Source: an uncultured Methanoregula sp.
Lineage (GTDB): Archaea; Halobacteriota; Methanomicrobia; Methanomicrobiales; Methanospirillaceae
Assembly (NCBI GenBank): GCA_963676405.2
Contig: CAXXQB010000027.1
Coordinates: forward strand, 41,241-105,240
Direction: 5' to 3'
DNA: 64,000 nucleotides
Below are positions 60,569 through 64,000 of the stretch, piece by piece. The position numbers and the translations under genes were made by a program. Within the stretch, counting starts at the first letter, position 1. Each line of letters opens with the position of its first letter. Below the pieces are notes generated by a model that was not told where the DNA came from, did not search any database, and saw only the letters and a list, made by a program, of their open reading frames with translations.

Positions 60569-63247
60569 TCACTCTTCCTTTAATCCGTGGAGAAACGGAC
60601 CAGCGGTAATTCCCCCCCATGCACACCGTCTGGCCTGCTCTTTTAGCTTGGCAAGATGGCGGGGGGTGTCACTATCCGGATTACGAACGAGTGTGATTGC
60701 TTCACGGTAGATGGCGGTCATATCAGCAGTATACCGTGGTGTCCTGCCCCGTGTATCGATGACAAAGGAACTGATGCCGGCATTCTTAAGCTGGGGCAGG
60801 TGATCGACAAGGCAGGTTTCAACCGCATTCCCAATATGCGTCCGGCATTCAGCGTCCACACGTACGGGAAAGATATACCCCGTCTCATCACGAATCCCAT
60901 ACACCGCTGCATCGGTTCGTTCAGCTATTTGTGATGCGCAGCGGCAATGACGGATGGGTTCAAGCACGCAGTCTTCCGAGATCATCGCTTCGATCGTTCC
61001 CTGCACGATGAGCGCGAGGTCTGTTGTGCTTCCGGTATGCCGGGCTGCGGTAACAAGGAGCGCGATCTCTTTAAGAGAAAGTTCGGGTGAGAGGGTCAGG
61101 AGCCTGAATGGCGGATTTGCCAGTGCAATAACGGAACGGTGGTTAAAGATGTTCAAGCCCACAGAACCAGAAAAGGATAAATCCGGTATCCGGGAATGGA
61201 TCGCTTGGAATGCGCCCATCCCGTCAACCATGCATTCATCCAGTCCCTCTTTCTTCAGTTCAGTAATGAGAGGTAGTACCATGTCCAGCATATTTTGCCG
61301 GGTGATACGCGGCAGTTTCCAGACCATGCGGAGACGGGCATCTTGGCAAAGAATAAGGGCTTCACGGAGCTGTGCTGCAACGGACGCGAGCGGAATACCT
61401 GCACCCCCGACCCTCTTGTCTGCGGAAAAGTCCGGTTCAAAATAACAGACATCGGCTCCCGCTAAAATAGCGGTGCTGACACTTTCAAGCTGATCTGTAA
61501 AAACTGCAAGACTGACATCTGTTGAAATATTTCCCTGATTTTTTTCTGGTTTTACCGGATTCTTTTCCGGATATTCAGGAAAATTATAGGTCAGGGTCTC
61601 AAGCCGGCACCGTGCAGCGGCCATTTCATCGCGAGTAGGAATTGCTGCACTGACCAGTTTCTCTTCAGCGAATGCGAGAAATTCCCGACGCACCCGGTTC
61701 AGTTCAGCGATCGGTGCAAACATATCTCCTGCATATTCCAGCAGGAATTTATTGATGACAAACGGTGTACCGCCGGTTTTTTTCAGTTGTACTGCCAGCT
61801 GGTCACAAGAGAGAGGACGGGATTGTGCCGGCACGAGCCGGTGGTCTGATGTTTGTTGTATGACAACAGGTTTTCCGGTGTCTGCATGAATTGTACCGGT
61901 AAAGGCAAGTGTTCCATCGGGAGTGATCTGAACCGCGAGATCGAGGGGTACCGGATGCCGCAGATCGGCCGGGGACCGGCTCATGATCTGCCGGGCACGC
62001 GCGAGAAGAGTGCCGGACGCCGTGACAAACACCCGTGCCCCTTCCTGAGCCTGACGGGGAGCAATGAACGTGACAGAATCTTTTGAGCGAACGGGCTCGT
62101 TATTGAGGGAAAAACCCCAGTCTGCGTCCGGGTGATCCACGTATGAAAAGAGCAACCCGTCACCGGCATGAAGGGAAAATGGAATGCCACACTGCACGAT
62201 AACCCGCCGGGTCCGCTCATCCCACTGTGTGACGTTTCCGATACAGAGGCCCCGGTTATCCGGGCGTTCCCGTCCCATGAGGGCTGCATGACGGCAATTG
62301 AAGAGGTACCCCCCGGTAAACCCCCGGTTGAATGCAAGAAGAAGGTCCTGCAAATCGTTCCCGTCCGGCTCCCAGTTCCCCATTGCGATGGCGTCGAGTG
62401 CCCGGCGATAAATCGAAACGACTATGGCGACATACTCCGGTGATTTCATCCTGCCTTCAATCTTCAGGGAAACAACCGGTGAGTTCACCAGCTCCGGCAG
62501 GTTCCGGTACGTGCAGAGATCCTGTGGGGAGAGGAGAAAATGTTCCGCAAGGGGGAGCGTGCGGATGGTATTGAGACGCCCGTACTCGTCCGGTTCACCG
62601 GTTACAAGCTCATAGGGTTTCCGGCAGGGTTGGGCACACCGGCCCCGGTTTCCGCTCCGTCCGCCAATGACAGAAGAGAGAAGACACTGTCCGGAATAAC
62701 AGTAGCAGAGCGCACCGTGAACAAATACTTCGAGACCAATGCCGCGCAATTCAACAGCACGGGCAATCGCACGGACTTCCGGAAGCGGCAGTTCCCGTGC
62801 GAGGACAACCCGGGAAAATCCCTGCCCGGCGGCCCACAAAACGCCGTCCGCGGAATGTATGGTCAGCTGCGTGGACGCATGGAGGGGAAGGTCAGGTACA
62901 ATTTCGCGTGCGATCGATGCGACGCCGATATCCTGTACAAGTACTGCATCCACCCCGATGGAATAGAGCCAGACGAGATATTCCGCCACCCCCGCGAGTT
63001 CTGCATCGTGCATGAGTGTATTTACCGTCACGTATACGCGGACTCCACGGGCATGCGCATAGCTGACTGCATCCTCAATCTCTGTGGAAGAAAAATTCCG
63101 TGCAAATTTCCGGGCGCCAAACTGTATGCCTGCCAGATAGACAGCATCAGTACCAGCAGCAACCGCAGCACGAAACGCATTGGGTGAACCGGCAGGAGCC
63201 AGAAGTTCGGGAAGCGTCTTTTTTTCCGGGAGTCGGGATTTCATCAT
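60569..63247 (-). CDS. U32-family protein (RlhA-like, C-terminal DUF3656)
   Basis: ELLAPAG, HASTQ, EVFVHGALCYCYSGQC..SGNRGRCAQPCR, LKIEGRMKSPEYV, QLKKTGGTPF. Confidence 0.9.
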   Translation of the reverse strand: MMKSRLPEKKTLPELLAPAGSPNAFRAAVAAGTDAVYLAGIQFGARKFARNFSSTEIEDAVSYAHARGVRVYVTVNTLMHDAELAGVAEYLVWLYSIGVDAVLVQDIGVASIAREIVPDLPLHASTQLTIHSADGVLWAAGQGFSRVVLARELPLPEVRAIARAVELRGIGLEVFVHGALCYCYSGQCLLSSVIGGRSGNRGRCAQPCRKPYELVTGEPDEYGRLNTIRTLPLAEHFLLSPQDLCTYRNLPELVNSPVVSLKIEGRMKSPEYVAIVVSIYRRALDAIAMGNWEPDGNDLQDLLLAFNRGFTGGYLFNCRHAALMGRERPDNRGLCIGNVTQWDERTRRVIVQCGIPFSLHAGDGLLFSYVDHPDADWGFSLNNEPVRSKDSVTFIAPRQAQEGARVFVTASGTLLARARQIMSRSPADLRHPVPLDLAVQITPDGTLAFTGTIHADTGKPVVIQQTSDHRLVPAQSRPLSCDQLAVQLKKTGGTPFVINKFLLEYAGDMFAPIAELNRVRREFLAFAEEKLVSAAIPTRDEMAAARCRLETLTYNFPEYPEKNPVKPEKNQGNISTDVSLAVFTDQLESVSTAILAGADVCYFEPDFSADKRVGGAGIPLASVAAQLREALILCQDARLRMVWKLPRITRQNMLDMVLPLITELKKEGLDECMVDGMGAFQAIHSRIPDLSFSGSVGLNIFNHRSVIALANPPFRLLTLSPELSLKEIALLVTAARHTGSTTDLALIVQGTIEAMISEDCVLEPIRHCRCASQIAERTDAAVYGIRDETGYIFPVRVDAECRTHIGNAVETCLVDHLPQLKNAGISSFVIDTRGRTPRYTADMTAIYREAITLVRNPDSDTPRHLAKLKEQARRCAWGGITAGPFLHGLKEE

Positions 63248-63591
63248 AATACAGAATCAGGTTTCATTCAGAACCGGACGGGATATAGCTGGCATCATAT
63301 GTGTTGATACACTGTTGATGGAAGTGTATTCTGCACGGACAATCTGCAGGATACACCCTCTTCTGAAAAATGCTTTCATTGCATACAAGTGTTGTCGCAT
63401 GGAGTGGACTGGGTTTCTCTTGTTCATATACTGATAGTGAATTGGCACAAAAAGAGATAAACAGGTATCATTCAACGAGTGATCACAGTAAGAAACAAAT
63501 GTGTATTTCAAGAGAGCCATCGTCAGGATTTCCCCACATAATCTGCCCGGAAGTATAGTTTTTGAAGACAGACCGCAAAGTCTGTATATCC

Positions 63592-64000
63592 ATGAAAATT
63601 ATTGCCTCGCTCACTGATGCCAGCCAGGCAGTCATTGCACGCGACAGCGGGGCGGATATGCTTGAATGCCGCCTTGATCTGATGGAGGGGGATCCTGTTT
63701 CTCACGTGAAACGGTGCCGGGAACATGTATCCCTACCCATCATCGCCACACTTCGTTCCGTACTGGAGGGCGGGAGGTATTTCGGGAATACGCTGGAATG
63801 GTATGAACAGATTACATCAATTCTGTCATACGTGGACTATGTCGATGTCGAGCAACGGTTTGCGATGCATGCAGAACTGATAAAATCTGCGGGAAAAACT
63901 ATCATCGCATCACACCATTCGACTGGTATGCTGTCGCTTCCTGAACTATTCGGACTGGAACGGGAACTACGGGTTTATGGCGATATTCCCAAAATTATTG
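63592..64000 (+). CDS. aroD: Type I 3-dehydroquinate dehydratase (partial, runs off the right edge)
   Basis: Hand translation MKIIASL..GADMLECRLDL..PIIATLRSVLEGG..DYVDVE..IIASHH..GDIPKII. Confidence 0.9.
   Translation, partial: MKIIASLTDASQAVIARDSGADMLECRLDLMEGDPVSHVKRCREHVSLPIIATLRSVLEGGRYFGNTLEWYEQITSILSYVDYVDVEQRFAMHAELIKSAGKTIIASHHSTGMLSLPELFGLERELRVYGDIPKII

Overview
Chromosomal segment of a hydrogenotrophic methanogenic archaeon, most consistent with Methanomicrobiales (Methanoregula-like); this is inferred from gene content. Most of the window is housekeeping: fdhAB/fdhC, mfnD/mfnF, surE, rpiA, two TBP paralogs, acs, tfs, archaeosortase A, truD, pth2, tRNA-Leu(GAG), tfe, trm56, the homocysteine-synthesis trio, alaS, ADP-forming acyl-CoA ligase, an RLAN/RimK/YkgJ/GCS2 peptide-ligase operon, tpiA, a U32 protein and partial aroD. 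Two apparently identical 1137-bp IS5-family copies are present. An accessory stretch (about 38.4-50.3 kb) holds the most unusual signals. (i) An AT-rich island where removing the IS restores a 770-aa fusion of an FrhD-like hydrogenase-maturation pseudo-protease, a Ser/Thr kinase and 8 TPRs, followed by a ClpA-like AAA+ ATPase with an atypical pore loop. (ii) An exported family II pyrophosphatase bracketed by a perfect 18-bp inverted repeat and two ~130-bp MITE-like hairpin elements, next to a membrane-anchored metallophosphoesterase. (iii) A 27-aa Lys/Ala-rich histone-H1-like microprotein absent from the ORF track. (iv) A ~770-bp non-coding region with A-tracts and tandem palindromes. All calls come from reading motifs by eye; no database searches were run.
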